From the NCBI GenBank assembly GCA_902559365.1, contig CACEHP010000008.1:3071-67070 (forward strand): DNA of 64,000 nt, given 5' to 3'. This document shows, piece after piece, positions 62,467 through 64,000 of the stretch. The position numbers were made by a program, and so were the translations under genes. This stretch comes from an uncultured SAR86 cluster bacterium (GTDB lineage Bacteria; Pseudomonadota; Gammaproteobacteria; Magnimaribacterales; Magnimaribacteraceae). The notes below the pieces were generated by a model. That model worked only from the letters and a program-made list of their open reading frames with translations. It was not told the DNA's origin and did no database searches. How positions within the stretch are numbered: position 1 is the first letter of the stretch; every line of letters starts with the position of its first letter.

Positions 62467-63327
62467 TTATTTTTTATTTGAAATCAAACTCGATATAAGA
62501 CGATGGATAGTATCCTTAAGATCTTTTCTATGAACAATCATATCAATTGCACCGTGATCTAATAAAAATTCACTTCTTTGAAATCCTTCAGGAAGCTTTA
62601 CATTTAATGTTTGCTCAATAACTCTTGGACCCGTAAAACCTACTAATGCTTTAGGCTCAGCTATATTGATATCTCCTAACATAGCTAGACTTGCTGATAC
62701 GCCCCCATAAATAGGATCAATCATTACTGAAATATAAGGGAGCTTTGCTTGTCTCATTTTTTCTATAGCTGCACTCGTTTTGGCCATTTGATAAAGAGAA
62801 ACAAGAGATTCTTGCATTCTGGCTCCTCCACTAGTTGAGAAGCAGACCATTGGCAATTGATTTTCAAGGGCATAATTTACTGTATCTACAAATTTCTGAC
62901 CTACTACTGAGCCCATAGATCCCCCCATATATCTAAACTCAAAAGCACAAGCAGCTACAGGCATCTTTTTAAGATATCCTTTCATGGCAATTAAGGCTTC
63001 TCTTTCATTGCTACTCTTTTCTGCAGAGTCTATTCTTTCTTTATAAGATTTAGTGTCCTTAAATTTCAACCAATCTTTTGGTGTTTTATCTTCAGAAATT
63101 TCTATGGTTTCGGCAGAATCTAGGAAAATTTCTAGTCTTTTTCTTGCGCCTATCCTTATATGATGGTCACACTTGGGACAAACAAACAAATTGGATTCTA
63201 GTTCAGGTACATACAGAATATTGTTGCAAGAGTTACAGCTCTGCCATAAACCTTCAGGAATTGTTGACTTCTTAGTAGTTTCTTTTCTTATGAAAGAGGG
63301 TAATATTTTCTCAAACCAATTAGCCAT
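62467..63327 (-). CDS. accD: Acetyl-CoA carboxylase carboxyltransferase beta subunit
   Basis: Zn finger, [25 protein letters not shown]. Confidence 0.97.
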   Translation of the reverse strand: MANWFEKILPSFIRKETTKKSTIPEGLWQSCNSCNNILYVPELESNLFVCPKCDHHIRIGARKRLEIFLDSAETIEISEDKTPKDWLKFKDTKSYKERIDSAEKSSNEREALIAMKGYLKKMPVAACAFEFRYMGGSMGSVVGQKFVDTVNYALENQLPMVCFSTSGGARMQESLVSLYQMAKTSAAIEKMRQAKLPYISVMIDPIYGGVSASLAMLGDINIAEPKALVGFTGPRVIEQTLNVKLPEGFQRSEFLLDHGAIDMIVHRKDLKDTIHRLISSLISNKK

Positions 63328-63329
63328 TT

Positions 63330-64000
63330 TTACTGTAGTACCTCAGAAAGTTCTTTGGTTTTTGCACTAACTTTCTCAATAATATTGCCACCTTCACCTA
63401 TTAAATCAACAAAAACACTACCTACAACTATACCATCAGCAACTTCCATTACTGAAGAAGCTGAAGCTGCGTCTTTAATTCCAAACCCTATTGCAATAGG
63501 TAAGTCAGTGTGTTTTCTTAGTTCTCCAACTTTATTCTTTACATCAACTGGATCCATATTTGCCGCTCCAGTTATGCCCTTAACAGATATGTAATAAACA
63601 TAACCAGAGCATTGTGAACAAATCTTTTTGGCTCTTGAAGAACTTGTAGTAGGTGCTATTAGTCTTATTATGTCTATATTGGCCTTTTTAGCCGCGAGGT
63701 TAAAGTCAGAACTTTCCTCAGGAGGCATATCTACTATAAGGATTCCATCTAACTCTGATGAAGAAGCATGTTGCATAAATAGATCTGCACCTAGAGATTC
63801 AAAAGTATTCATATACCCCATAAAGACAATGGGTGTTAGCTTGTTAGTAAGCCTAAACTCTTTTACTAATTCAAATGCATCATGCAAAGAAGCTCCTTTC
63901 TCTAAAGCTCTTTCATGACCTCTTTGTATTGATACTCCTTCGGCCATCGGGTCAGAAAAAGGTATTCCAAGCTCGATTATATCGGCACCCTCTTCAACCA
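63330..64000 (-). CDS. trpA: Tryptophan synthase alpha subunit (5' end beyond the window)
   Basis: Frame open to the window edge: [18 protein letters not shown]; APTT, GITG, GFGI. Confidence 0.96.
   Translation of the reverse strand, partial: VEEGADIIELGIPFSDPMAEGVSIQRGHERALEKGASLHDAFELVKEFRLTNKLTPIVFMGYMNTFESLGADLFMQHASSSELDGILIVDMPPEESSDFNLAAKKANIDIIRLIAPTTSSSRAKKICSQCSGYVYYISVKGITGAANMDPVDVKNKVGELRKHTDLPIAIGFGIKDAASASSVMEVADGIVVGSVFVDLIGEGGNIIEKVSAKTKELSEVLQ

Overview
AT-rich, very densely packed bacterial chromosome segment with many 1-15 nt gene overlaps. Gene order and content (smc-zipA-ligA, ccmA-I, alaS-lysC, purL/mltF, cysS/ppiB/lpxH, trpA-accD-folC-dedD-cvpA-purF, TonB-dependent receptors, lipid-type catabolic enzymes) indicate a streamlined Gammaproteobacterium, most plausibly marine SAR86-like (inference, not a database result). 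About 54 CDS and three tRNAs (Arg-CCT, Ser-GCT, Asn-GTT) are present. I saw no integrase, transposase, prophage or CRISPR array. Regulatory elements read directly from the sequence: a SAM-II-type riboswitch coupled to a terminator upstream of metY, a Fur-box array upstream of a siderophore-type receptor, a perfect LexA box upstream of umuDC, and candidate tandem NrdR boxes between purL and mltF. Most notable candidates: (1) two 3'-UTR multi-hairpin RNAs with C-rich anti-Shine-Dalgarno loops, one behind the SAM-controlled metY and one behind the Fur-controlled receptor, suggesting an undescribed 3'-UTR sRNA layer; (2) an 821-aa SMC that lacks a recognisable hinge; (3) a sulfotransferase + APS-kinase-like + miniature HxGH nucleotidyltransferase operon that may be a minimal PAPS module.
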